Origin: Thermodesulfobacteriota bacterium | GTDB lineage: Bacteria; Desulfobacterota; Desulfobacteria; Desulfobacterales; B30-G6 | NCBI GenBank assembly: GCA_039714495.1 | Contig: JBDLJD010000004.1 | Location: forward strand, 1 to 59,599 | Direction of reading: 5' to 3' | DNA length: 59,599 nt | Shown: piece by piece, positions 39,750-48,729 of the stretch | Layout: each line of letters starts with the position of its first letter | Position numbering within the stretch: the first letter of the stretch is position 1 | Made by a program: the position numbers and the translations under genes | Notes under the pieces: generated by a model | Databases searched by the model: none | What the model saw: the letters and a program-made list of their open reading frames with translations, nothing else | Told to the model about the DNA's origin: nothing

Positions 39750-41012
39750 CTACTCCTCCCACTTCCTTGTAATGGCGGCACGTACACATTTTTTCATATC
39801 CCCATATAAGGTCTTGGTATTCCCGCCACTCATTCTTTGTATATAATGGGCCGCTCGGACCGAATTTGTAGCTGCGGCAATCCTTGACTCATTTTCCAGA
39901 AAACAGAAAGGGTTTACGGCGCCTATGCAACAGTCTAAAATTTTAGCCCCTGCCTTCTCAATAATCTCGGTATATCCTGATTGTTTTGCCAGGGTATAAG
40001 TTGGTTTTGAAATCCCAACCGCCAAGACAATATCCGCACTCACTTTTTTCCCATTGAGCATTGAGGCCAATTTGCCTACCTCCCTTATTGTAAGATGGGG
40101 GCAACCGATCACGACCATGTCCAAGTCACTGCGCCTGGCGTCATTTAGTATCCCATAGCTTTCTCTCATCTCTTTATTGGTAATCAGCAAGGTTTCCGGT
40201 TTGTTGTCACCAACGGCCTGCTCCAAAGTATTGGCCTCGGGCGTTACACCGATTACATGGCACATAACGCATGCCCCGGAAACGGGAAGAGGGGAAACAA
40301 GAGCCCGCGCATTTTCCAAGGATACATATTGAGGGAGACCCTCTATGGCCACATTTTTCTGACCAACCAAACCACCGATAGCATAGGCCAGAGCCCCGTA
40401 GTCTGCCTCGGTAAAGCCAGCTGGGTTTAAGCTTTTATCCACTTTTATAACAACTTCTGCATACCGCTCCTCTTTCCTTAATAGACCCATTAGTGGCGTT
40501 CGACCTGTTATAGCGGCCGCAAAACTTGTGCTGACAGACTCTCGTCCCGCTCTAGCGCCAAAGAAAGAGTTGGACAACGCCTGCCCGGATGTGCCCGTCA
40601 GGCACAACACATCGCCCGGCTTGGGTATAAACCCAATCGTATAAGGGCTACAGGTTGAAGTGGGCAGGACATCTAATTGCCTTAAAAGTTTTAGCCTTTG
40701 TTCAACTATTTCCTCGTCAACTTCACTGTATCCGCCCAATCTGCGTTTAATGACCACACCGTGCTTTTCTCTCCAATACCGCGGATTGTAGGTTGCATGC
40801 AGCGTCGTTGTCGCCCGCATCTTAGGCGTACCTTCCGAGAATTCATTTACCGCTTCGGACGGGTAGCTGATGCTTAAATGAGCCTGGTCTACTCTGACCA
40901 TTCTTTCTGCATCGAAAAGTCTTCCCCATTGAACCAGAAGCTTCATGGATTTCCGAGTTCCCGGCCCATAATGCCCGTCAAGCATTTTTTTCTCTTCATC
41001 AGTCAGCTTCAC
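39750..41012 (-). CDS. Aconitase X catalytic (large) subunit, DUF521
   Basis: GTG start after GGAG; LT.EE..ML.G..G, TC.PY, NS..GAR, H..GVTPE, GCPH, DCC, TNS...AHY. Confidence 0.9.
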   Translation of the reverse strand: MKLTDEEKKMLDGHYGPGTRKSMKLLVQWGRLFDAERMVRVDQAHLSISYPSEAVNEFSEGTPKMRATTTLHATYNPRYWREKHGVVIKRRLGGYSEVDEEIVEQRLKLLRQLDVLPTSTCSPYTIGFIPKPGDVLCLTGTSGQALSNSFFGARAGRESVSTSFAAAITGRTPLMGLLRKEERYAEVVIKVDKSLNPAGFTEADYGALAYAIGGLVGQKNVAIEGLPQYVSLENARALVSPLPVSGACVMCHVIGVTPEANTLEQAVGDNKPETLLITNKEMRESYGILNDARRSDLDMVVIGCPHLTIREVGKLASMLNGKKVSADIVLAVGISKPTYTLAKQSGYTEIIEKAGAKILDCCIGAVNPFCFLENESRIAAATNSVRAAHYIQRMSGGNTKTLYGDMKKCVRAAITRKWEE

Positions 41013-41020
41013 AGTATCTC

Positions 41021-42391
41021 CTACGGTAGTATCGCATTCAGTTCCAAAGCACTCATGGCTGCCAGTTCGGTGCCAATTCCCCATCCGCCTGCCTCAGCAC
41101 CGACAATGAACAGATTTTCGATGGGTGTTCTCTGGTTTAGTCGCTTGCTGCCGACCTGATCAATCGACTGTGCCATGCCAATCACGGCGCCGTTTTCGCC
41201 CATGAGCTTATCAACCGTCTCCGGGCTGGTATCTTCGACGAACAGAATCTCATCCTCGATATCCGGGAAAATATCCTTTACGGATAACATCACAGACCGG
41301 TGCCAGGCCTCCCAATTCGGTTTTATAGCTGGAAAAGAGCCGGCGATGATCAGTTGGCACCCGTCCGGCGCAGTCCCCGGAGCGAAATTGGAGATAACCG
41401 GTATCATAAGATTGACCCGCTCGGGCACCTTGCCGTCTTCGATCATTTCCAGATATTCGGTGGCGTTCGGATGCCCGATATGCATGATGAATTTTTCATC
41501 GGTGATCTTGCGTTTTAGGGCTATTTTCAGCAGATAGGCCCCTGCCGTGAACTCGATATCTTTAATTTTCTCGATATACTCTTCCGGAAAATGGTGATCG
41601 TCCGCCAACTGTAGTACCGTTATTTGGGGATCAGCATTACTAATAACGACATCAGCCTTGATAATTTCATTGGAATCAAGAACGACACCTGTAGCTTTTC
41701 CGTTTTTGAAAATAATTTTATTTACCTTTGTCCTGGTACACACTTCACCGCCATTATCGACGACGATCTTAAGATAATTTTCCGGTATAACCATGCAACC
41801 TCCGACCGGATATCCCGATGCCCTGTTTTTGGCCTGGGCCTGCATGGAACGTATGAACTCTCCGGCCGATGCACGCCAGTAAGGAATGATGAAATAGAGT
41901 TCGGCAATATAGGCAAAGATGTTGTGGATCATCTGGTTCGATGTATGAAGGCTCAACCACTCTTTTAGACCGAAATGGTTCATTTCCAGGGCCTGAGATT
42001 CCGACATTGTGACAATCGTCCGAATAATTTGTCGATAGTTCTCCAGATCCGCACCAAGACGGTCGATCCGATGTGGGAAATCCACCATAGACCCCATGTA
42101 GCTCAATTTCTGGGTGGGATTACGCGTATAGGACCATTCGATGAGTTGCGTGTCGTCTCTGCCACACTGTCGAATCACCTCTCCGAGCGGGCCCTTACCG
42201 GCCTGTGAGAAGGTATGCACTCCAAGATCCAGTGTAAACCCTTCTCTTTTCCGGCTGCAGCATCTACCCCCGACATATCCAAGCTTTTCCAGTACCGTGA
42301 CTCGGTATCCCCGGCTTGATAGCATGGCTGCAATGGCAGCACCGCCGATGCCGGAACCGATCACGACCACTTTTTTATCTGTAGTTGTCAT
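41021..42391 (-). CDS. Phytoene-desaturase-family (CrtI-like) FAD oxidoreductase, copy A
   Basis: GSGIGG, EK...VGGR, DLGVH, YPVGG, APDGCQL, GG.G.GTELAA.S. Confidence 0.88.
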   Translation of the reverse strand: MTTTDKKVVVIGSGIGGAAIAAMLSSRGYRVTVLEKLGYVGGRCCSRKREGFTLDLGVHTFSQAGKGPLGEVIRQCGRDDTQLIEWSYTRNPTQKLSYMGSMVDFPHRIDRLGADLENYRQIIRTIVTMSESQALEMNHFGLKEWLSLHTSNQMIHNIFAYIAELYFIIPYWRASAGEFIRSMQAQAKNRASGYPVGGCMVIPENYLKIVVDNGGEVCTRTKVNKIIFKNGKATGVVLDSNEIIKADVVISNADPQITVLQLADDHHFPEEYIEKIKDIEFTAGAYLLKIALKRKITDEKFIMHIGHPNATEYLEMIEDGKVPERVNLMIPVISNFAPGTAPDGCQLIIAGSFPAIKPNWEAWHRSVMLSVKDIFPDIEDEILFVEDTSPETVDKLMGENGAVIGMAQSIDQVGSKRLNQRTPIENLFIVGAEAGGWGIGTELAAMSALELNAILP

Positions 42392-42426
42392 AGTCTTATC
42401 ATTCAAGAAGAGTCTTTACTGATCTA

Positions 42427-43932
42427 TTATGGTTTTCCAAGCCCGTCGCTTTCCCAGTTCTCCAACACCCGTTTCATGATATCGTCATCCATCACAACCA
42501 GCCCGGGGCGTTCACGGGTGTAGTTTTCCTCCTTCCATTTACGTGTTGCATCAATACCGAGCCTAGCACCCTCACCCCGGGGCGACATAGCCGGATGTTC
42601 CAGATCCTGTTCCACCTTATCCGAGATCAACAGATCCTGGTTTGCCCGGGTGTGCATGGAGAAGGCCCACATCACTTCCGAGAGGTTATGCACATCGATA
42701 TCTTCATCCACGACAATGACATTTGAAATAAATTTGGACTGGCCGCGTGCCTTCCAGATACGCTTGATCATTTCCTGTCCCTGATAGGGCCGCTCCTTTT
42801 TGATGGAAATTGTCATCAGGTAAAGTGATGCTCCTTCCGTCGCGAAGCTCATATCGACGATATCCGAATCAAGGGCGTTTTGGATGGCCATAGTGACCCT
42901 TTCTGCAGCTTTGGACATATAATGGATTTCCGTGACCGGTTTTCCGGTGGTTGCCATATGCCACAGGGGATTTTTGCGGGTAGTGATGCGCTGAATCTCA
43001 AAGACAGGCGTTTGTTTCGGAGGGGAATAGTACCCGTGGAATTCGCCAAACGGCCCTTCTTTGGCACGAATGCCCGGCTTGATTACGCCTTCCATAACGA
43101 TTTCGGCACTGGCGGGTACCGGTAGATCGGAAAGATCTGCCTTGACGACATCTATTCCCCTGCCTTTCAGCAGACTTGTGAAAAGAAATTCATCCAGCGG
43201 CGGCCGGAGCATGAAACAACCGGAAGCAGCCAGTCCCGGGTCGCAACCCACCACTACGACTACCGGCAGTTCGATACCCAGCTTTTCAGCCGTCTGCCAG
43301 TGGTTGTGGCCATGTTTGTGGGGCAGCCAATGCATGCAGGTTTTGTTTTTGTCCAGGTACATCATGCGGTAGGTCCCCGCATTCAATTCCCCGGACTCTG
43401 GATCGCGGGTGATGATCAGCGGCATGGTCACAAACCGGTCCCCATCCTCTGGCCAAAGCTTGGTCAGGGGAAATTTTCCAATATCGATTTGATCACCCGC
43501 GTACACAACCTCCTTGCAGGGGGCCCCTTTCACCTCCACCGGATAATACGGTATAAATCCTCTATATTTCTTCAGCCGGTCCTTAAGCGGTGCATACATA
43601 AAAGACTGTTCAAGCTGTGCTTCCTGGGAAGTGTCCAGCGTTTTTCCCATGTCGGTAAACCCGTTTTTCAACTTTTCACAAGCATGGGGGAAAAAATTGT
43701 CTGCCCCAAAGCTCCACGCAACCCGCTGGTGGCTGCCGTACAGGTTGCCGAGAACCGGCATGTCGGATCCTTTCACGTTTTCAAAAATTACCACCGGTCC
43801 TTCCACACGGGCCAACTTATCGACAATTGCATTAATTTCAAGTACCGGGTCCACCTTGCGACGGATCCGCACCAACTGTCCCTGCGAATCCAGAAAATCG
43901 ATATACTCCCTAAGATCTTTAAAATTTTTCAT
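42427..43932 (-). CDS. ubiD: UbiD-family prFMN-dependent (de)carboxylase
   Basis: DLREY...L...GQL, N.GTYR, EGPFGEFHGYY, VVDEDIDV, GIDAT; substrate unknown. Confidence 0.93.
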   Translation of the reverse strand: MKNFKDLREYIDFLDSQGQLVRIRRKVDPVLEINAIVDKLARVEGPVVIFENVKGSDMPVLGNLYGSHQRVAWSFGADNFFPHACEKLKNGFTDMGKTLDTSQEAQLEQSFMYAPLKDRLKKYRGFIPYYPVEVKGAPCKEVVYAGDQIDIGKFPLTKLWPEDGDRFVTMPLIITRDPESGELNAGTYRMMYLDKNKTCMHWLPHKHGHNHWQTAEKLGIELPVVVVVGCDPGLAASGCFMLRPPLDEFLFTSLLKGRGIDVVKADLSDLPVPASAEIVMEGVIKPGIRAKEGPFGEFHGYYSPPKQTPVFEIQRITTRKNPLWHMATTGKPVTEIHYMSKAAERVTMAIQNALDSDIVDMSFATEGASLYLMTISIKKERPYQGQEMIKRIWKARGQSKFISNVIVVDEDIDVHNLSEVMWAFSMHTRANQDLLISDKVEQDLEHPAMSPRGEGARLGIDATRKWKEENYTRERPGLVVMDDDIMKRVLENWESDGLGKP

Positions 43933-44094
43933 CTTGTATCCATAAAAGACATGATGGTTCAGTGCAGCCGAGGTTAGTTCCCATGACACCCGTAAAATGC
44001 CTGGAGATAATCCATCTCCGGGTGATCAAATATTTTATGGTTTGCAGCTTTCTCTCGCTGTAACAATCATTTCCGTAGTGTCCACCCTGTTGAT

Positions 44095-44110
44095 TGCACA
44101 TTTTGTACCA
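44095..44110 (-). promoter_or_regulatory. Sigma-54 (-24/-12) promoter of the ubiD operon
   Basis: TGGTACAAAATGTGCA with exactly 10 nt between GG and GC; divergent from a sigma-54 activator gene. Confidence 0.8.
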
Positions 44111-44163
44111 AATTTTATATTTAATAATTTCAATAAGATATATTGACGAACGCCTCCCTGCGC

Positions 44164-44194
44164 GAAATGTCGCATAAAATTATTGCGACATTTC
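44164..44194. promoter_or_regulatory. Candidate enhancer (UAS) palindrome for the sigma-54 activator
   Basis: GAAATGTCGCA-N9-TGCGACATTTC perfect 11-bp arms; related GCGATATATCGC near 44215. Confidence 0.65.
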
Positions 44195-44316
44195 AAACAT
44201 TGGGCTAACATAAAGCGATATATCGCAATTCAGCAGCTGAGGGCTGCCCCACATTTTGTTTCCTGGCCGGATTTTTACGCTCCGATTGACTGCAAAAAAA
44301 AACGAACGGGTGAATC

Positions 44317-45897
44317 ATGAAAAAGATCGACAAGAACGACTTCTTTCGACGGGCAGCCATGCAGCTTTGCGGAAACCTCGATATCGACCAGGCAATGTTT
44401 CATTGCCTAAAAATCATCAAGGAGTATATTCCCGTTGATTTAATGGTTCTGTCTATGACGGAAGTCGGACTCAGGGCCATCAGGCGCATAGCGGTAGCCA
44501 CACAAACCGAAGCCCATGCATTGAACGACCTGCTGCCGATGAAAGCCGAGGGTGTCATGGCCATACTGGAAGATGCATTGCCGGATTTCAGAATTATCAA
44601 CGACCTGGGAAAAGATCCGGTTACCTATGCTACATTTGCCATGCTTGAGCAGGAATCTTCGATCCATCACTATACACCCTACAAAGACATGTGGGATTCA
44701 TCTATGATGGTCATGGTCCTGTCAAACCAGCAAAAAAAACTCGGTGCCGTAACACTGCGCGCCAAGGGAACTGGACGATATCGCTCGGAGCACCTCGAAC
44801 TTTTCTCCCTGCTTCATGAACCTTTCACAATCGCCCTGTCGAACACCCTTCGCCACCGGGAACTGCAGCAGCTAAAAGAAGTACTGAAAGAGGAAAACCA
44901 ATATCTGTATCAGGAGATGTTGAACCTGTCCAATACGGAAATTATTGGCTCATACCTTGGCCTGAAGGGAACCATCGACATGGTGAAAAAAATCGCGCCC
45001 TTCAGCGGCCCCGTCATTTTGTTAGGAGAAACCGGGGTTGGAAAAGAGCTGATAGCGAACCTGCTGCATCATTCATCTAATCGGAACGATCGCCCATTTA
45101 TCAAAATGAACTGCGGTGCGATTCCAGAGAACCTGATTGACAGCGATTTATTCGGGCATGAGAAAGGAGCTTTTACAGGGGCAACCTCCCAGAGACGGGG
45201 ACGATTCGAGCGGGCCCATGGCGGATCCATTTTTCTTGACGAAATAGGAGAATTGCCGCTGCAGGCTCAGGTCCGGCTTCTAAGAGCCATCCAGTATGGA
45301 GAGTTTGAGCGTGTGGGCGGAACCAGAACCATCTCTGTTGATACCCGTATTATTGCTGCGTCCAACCGCAACCTGTCGAAAATGGTCAAAAAAGACCAAT
45401 TCAGGGAAGATCTATGGTATCGATTGAACGTGTTTCCGATTACCATACCACCCTTGAGAAACAGAAAAGAAGACATTTCCCTGCTATTGAATCACTTTGT
45501 CAAAGTCAAATCCAGATCGATAGGGATTTACCCGATACCCGAAATTGACTACTATGCGATTGACCGGCTCAAGGCTTACAACTGGCCCGGTAATGTCAGG
45601 GAACTCGAAAACGTCGTTGAGCGGGAGCTGGTATTGTCCAGGGGAGGAACCTTGAAATTCGACCGCAGTTTTCTACCTGAAGTCGATACACTGGACCATA
45701 CTGATGTGCCGCCTGAACGAGAATCAATGCGATTGGACGACGTTGTCGCACACCATATCAGGCACATCCTCAAGTTGGCTGGTGGTCGTGTCAACGGACC
45801 GGGAGGTGCCGCCGACCGCTTGGGTATGAAATCGGGCACCTTGCGGTCCCGAATGGACAAACTGGGCATCCAATACAAAAAAAAGGAACATAGATAA
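44317..45897 (+). CDS. Sigma-54-dependent transcriptional activator (GAF-like sensor, AAA+, HTH)
   Basis: GETGVGKE, GAFTGA, FLDEIGE, FREDLWYRL, WPGNVRELEN, C-terminal HTH. Confidence 0.95.
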   Translation: MKKIDKNDFFRRAAMQLCGNLDIDQAMFHCLKIIKEYIPVDLMVLSMTEVGLRAIRRIAVATQTEAHALNDLLPMKAEGVMAILEDALPDFRIINDLGKDPVTYATFAMLEQESSIHHYTPYKDMWDSSMMVMVLSNQQKKLGAVTLRAKGTGRYRSEHLELFSLLHEPFTIALSNTLRHRELQQLKEVLKEENQYLYQEMLNLSNTEIIGSYLGLKGTIDMVKKIAPFSGPVILLGETGVGKELIANLLHHSSNRNDRPFIKMNCGAIPENLIDSDLFGHEKGAFTGATSQRRGRFERAHGGSIFLDEIGELPLQAQVRLLRAIQYGEFERVGGTRTISVDTRIIAASNRNLSKMVKKDQFREDLWYRLNVFPITIPPLRNRKEDISLLLNHFVKVKSRSIGIYPIPEIDYYAIDRLKAYNWPGNVRELENVVERELVLSRGGTLKFDRSFLPEVDTLDHTDVPPERESMRLDDVVAHHIRHILKLAGGRVNGPGGAADRLGMKSGTLRSRMDKLGIQYKKKEHR

Positions 45898-46045
45898 AGA
45901 TTGCATCAAATTCGTGGAATGCCTCCCGGTTAGGACTTTATAGTTATGTCTTTTTCTCATAAAGAGCTAAAACTCATCATTAACCACTTACACAACAGAA
46001 TCTTCAAGTCATGATTTCGTTGCCTTATCACTTAAGCTACCCAAC

Positions 46046-48454
46046 CTAGCCTTGACCTATTTTCCAGAATGTATTCAACACCCTTTCCATATCCCTTTTT
46101 CGGTTTATGAACACAGGCCGCCACTCGGCAGGCAACATGGTTCGATACCGCGCATTACCGTACCGCCTGTCAATCAACAACACCGCACCGCGGTCTTTTT
46201 CCGTGCGGATCACCCGGCCGGAGGCTTGCAGCACGCGGTTGAACCCCGGGAATACGTAAGCAAATTCCCAGCCGGCATTGCGGTTCTCCGCAAAATATTC
46301 CCGGATAAGTTCCCTTTCGGGGGTTGGCGGCGGCATACCCACACTGACCACCACTGCGCCCGCCAAGCGGTCGCCCACCAGGTCGATCCCTTCCCCGAAG
46401 ACGCCGCCCAGGACGGCAAACCCCACTCGCGTGCTCTGATTTTCCTTGGAAAACTGCTCGATGAACGTTTCCCTTTCACGTTCGCCCATGCCGGGGCTCT
46501 GCAGGACCACATCCATTTCCGGTTCATTTTGGGGAAAAACAGCGTGAATTTTCATCAGGTATTCATAGGATGGGAAGAAAATAAGGTAGTTGCCTGTCTT
46601 GCCGCTAACAAAGGTGAATATCGCTTGGGCAAGCCGCTCCTTTGTCTCTTCACGTTCTTTAAAAAAGGTGGAGATGCTGTTGGCAATGGTGAGCGAAAAA
46701 TTATGCCTTGGAAAGGGCGACGGCAGGATGAGCTCACGAGCCGATGCATCACAACCGAAAATTTCTCTGAAGTAGTCCATGGGCGTGAGGGTAGCTGAAA
46801 AAAACACAGCCGACCTGACCTTCTGCAGCCGTTCCTGCAACTGCCGGGAAGGATCGATACAGAACAGGTTGACCACAAGGTCCTGGTCCGGTGCGGCGCC
46901 TGATTGGGAAAAATCATAGCAGACCGCATACTGTTCATTGAACAGTTCAGCCACCTTTAGAAACCTGGAACAGGTAAAGTAAAGATCCAGGATTGCTTCT
47001 CGAAAAGGCGCCCCCGTATTGAGGGAAAGCCAGGCATCGCTCTCCCTGACGATCTGCTGCAGGGACGGAAGAAGATCACCCGGCAATTCAGTGGATGAAT
47101 AAAATGCTTCCCGGGCATGCGCTTCCCTTTTTGCATCCATCCAGGCCAGCAGGTTTTCCAATAACTGCGACAGCTGCGGCAGCTTGCCCGCCAACTCCCT
47201 GTATATTTCTGCGAACTGGTCCCTATTGATGCGGGCGGAAAACATGTCCCGGGCCCGGTCCACCAGATTGTGCGCCTCATCCACCAGAAACAGATACTCT
47301 TCTTCCACGATCTGAAAAAACCGTCGTAAATACGCCTGGGGATCGAAGGCGTAATTGTAGTCGCAGATAATACAGTCGGCACTCAAGGAGAGGTCCAGCG
47401 ACAGCTCGAACGGGCACACCCGGTGCTGCCAGGCCATGCTCTCCACAAAGTGCCGGTTCAACAGGTCGCTCTTCAACGCATACGTCAGCGTCTCATTGAT
47501 GCGATCGTAATACCCCCTGGCAAACTCGCATTCGTCGCCATTGCAGGCTGCACCCGGGTTGAAACAGATCTTCTCCTTAGCTGTCAGGACCAGGCACCTG
47601 AACCGCAGACCCTGGCGCTGCAGGGCGGCCATTGCTTCTTCAGCCACTTTTTTTCCGGTCGAACGTGCCGCCAGGTAGAACATTCTGTCAACCAGACTGT
47701 CGCCAAACGCCTTGATTGCAGGAAAAACAGCTGCCATGGTTTTGCCGATGCCGGTGGGGGCCTGCGTCAGCAGCTGGTGCTTTTCCCTTACGGCCCGGAA
47801 GACCCGGACCGCCATTTCTCTTTGCCCCTGGCGGTATTCGGAAAAAGGAAAAGCCAGGTCGCGGATGGATCGGTCACGCGTCTCCTGCCAATCTTTTCGC
47901 TCATCCGCATGATCGGCGAAACGCCCCATAAGTTCATTGAAAAACAGCTCCAGTGCCTTAAAATCGAACGTTTTACGGATCTCGAGAATAGCGTTGGTTT
48001 CAAGCTGCACGTAGGTCAGGCAGGTCCCGATTTTCTCCAGGCCGTGATGCTCGGCATGCATGTAGGCATATATTTTCAGCTGGGCCCAGTGGTGATCGTT
48101 CTGGCGTGTTTCAAGGCTGCTGAGATCACGGGTGGTACTCTTGATCTCTTCGAGAACATCCCCTCCCTTGTTGTGAAAAATACCATCGATCCGGCCGCTG
48201 ATCTGGATGGAATAGTTCCGGGTGGAGACCGTGTGCGACACCGTAACTTCCGGTTCGTATGATGCAGGACGGGACTTCTGGACATGTTGGTGGGCGCGGG
48301 TTCCGGCCACTGAGCGCTGCGGGCTGAAAAACCCGCCGGAAAGGTCGCCCGTGGGAAGGAGAAATGCCACCAGGTCGCGCACGGAGATGTTGTAACTCGT
48401 TACAGAGGAGTTGTTTGATCCTGTTAAAGCATCCATGTTATTTTTGGCACGCAT
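46046..48454 (-). CDS. DinG/Rad3 (XPD-family) Fe-S helicase with N-terminal PD-(D/E)XK nuclease domain
   Basis: GRIDG...EIK...QL..Y nuclease; APTGIGKT, four Fe-S Cys, DEAH, SATL, Q.SGR.IR. Confidence 0.92.
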   Translation of the reverse strand: MRAKNNMDALTGSNNSSVTSYNISVRDLVAFLLPTGDLSGGFFSPQRSVAGTRAHQHVQKSRPASYEPEVTVSHTVSTRNYSIQISGRIDGIFHNKGGDVLEEIKSTTRDLSSLETRQNDHHWAQLKIYAYMHAEHHGLEKIGTCLTYVQLETNAILEIRKTFDFKALELFFNELMGRFADHADERKDWQETRDRSIRDLAFPFSEYRQGQREMAVRVFRAVREKHQLLTQAPTGIGKTMAAVFPAIKAFGDSLVDRMFYLAARSTGKKVAEEAMAALQRQGLRFRCLVLTAKEKICFNPGAACNGDECEFARGYYDRINETLTYALKSDLLNRHFVESMAWQHRVCPFELSLDLSLSADCIICDYNYAFDPQAYLRRFFQIVEEEYLFLVDEAHNLVDRARDMFSARINRDQFAEIYRELAGKLPQLSQLLENLLAWMDAKREAHAREAFYSSTELPGDLLPSLQQIVRESDAWLSLNTGAPFREAILDLYFTCSRFLKVAELFNEQYAVCYDFSQSGAAPDQDLVVNLFCIDPSRQLQERLQKVRSAVFFSATLTPMDYFREIFGCDASARELILPSPFPRHNFSLTIANSISTFFKEREETKERLAQAIFTFVSGKTGNYLIFFPSYEYLMKIHAVFPQNEPEMDVVLQSPGMGERERETFIEQFSKENQSTRVGFAVLGGVFGEGIDLVGDRLAGAVVVSVGMPPPTPERELIREYFAENRNAGWEFAYVFPGFNRVLQASGRVIRTEKDRGAVLLIDRRYGNARYRTMLPAEWRPVFINRKRDMERVLNTFWKIGQG

Positions 48455-48470
48455 TTTATACAGATATTGT

Positions 48471-48557
48471 AATTACGCTCCGCTGTCATTTGCTTCGCGT
48501 CATTAGGGCTTCGCCCGACATTAGCGCTGACGCGCGGTATTACGCTTCGCTGATATT
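48471..48557 (-). repeat. Array of GNA-loop mini-hairpin units (reverse orientation)
   Basis: The minus strand reads as AAT.(A/T/C)C-stem-GAA/GGA/GTCA-stem units, e.g. AATGTCGGGCGAAGCCCT. Confidence 0.75.
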
Positions 48558-48598
48558 TATTGTTGCAGATAGCTTGAGGCCGATAGTGACAATAAATT

Positions 48599-48670
48599 AA
48601 TTACGCCCGAAGGGCAAATGACGTGCGAAGCACAAATAACGGCCGAAGGCCTAATAACGCGCGAAGCGCT
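48599..48670 (+). repeat. Four 18-bp tandem units AATNAC-[4-bp stem]-GAA-[stem]-W
   Basis: AATTACGCCCGAAGGGCA / AATGACGTGCGAAGCACA / AATAACGGCCGAAGGCCT / AATAACGCGCGAAGCGCT. Confidence 0.9.
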
Positions 48671-48729
48671 AATTGAATCTGTGCAATCCGTGTTATCCGT
48701 GTCAAATAATCCTTATTCGATGTTCATTT

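Noticed and set aside
33153-42391. Carotenoid biosynthesis cluster
   Set aside because: No phytoene synthase, GGPP synthase or cyclase; the context is import plus CoA ligation
39341-43932. Straight annotation as the archaeal mevalonate pathway
   Set aside because: No HMG-CoA synthase/reductase, mevalonate kinase or isopentenyl-phosphate kinase in the window, and the AcnX motifs look altered; kept only as a chemical analogy
47900-48454. Cas4-like domain as evidence of CRISPR-Cas or type IV DinG
   Set aside because: It lacks the Cas4 Fe-S cysteines, is fused to a housekeeping-type XPD helicase, and has no cas neighbours
48599-48670. 18-bp tandem units as a CRISPR array
   Set aside because: No unique spacers, units too short, and no cas genes; variation is confined to compensating stems
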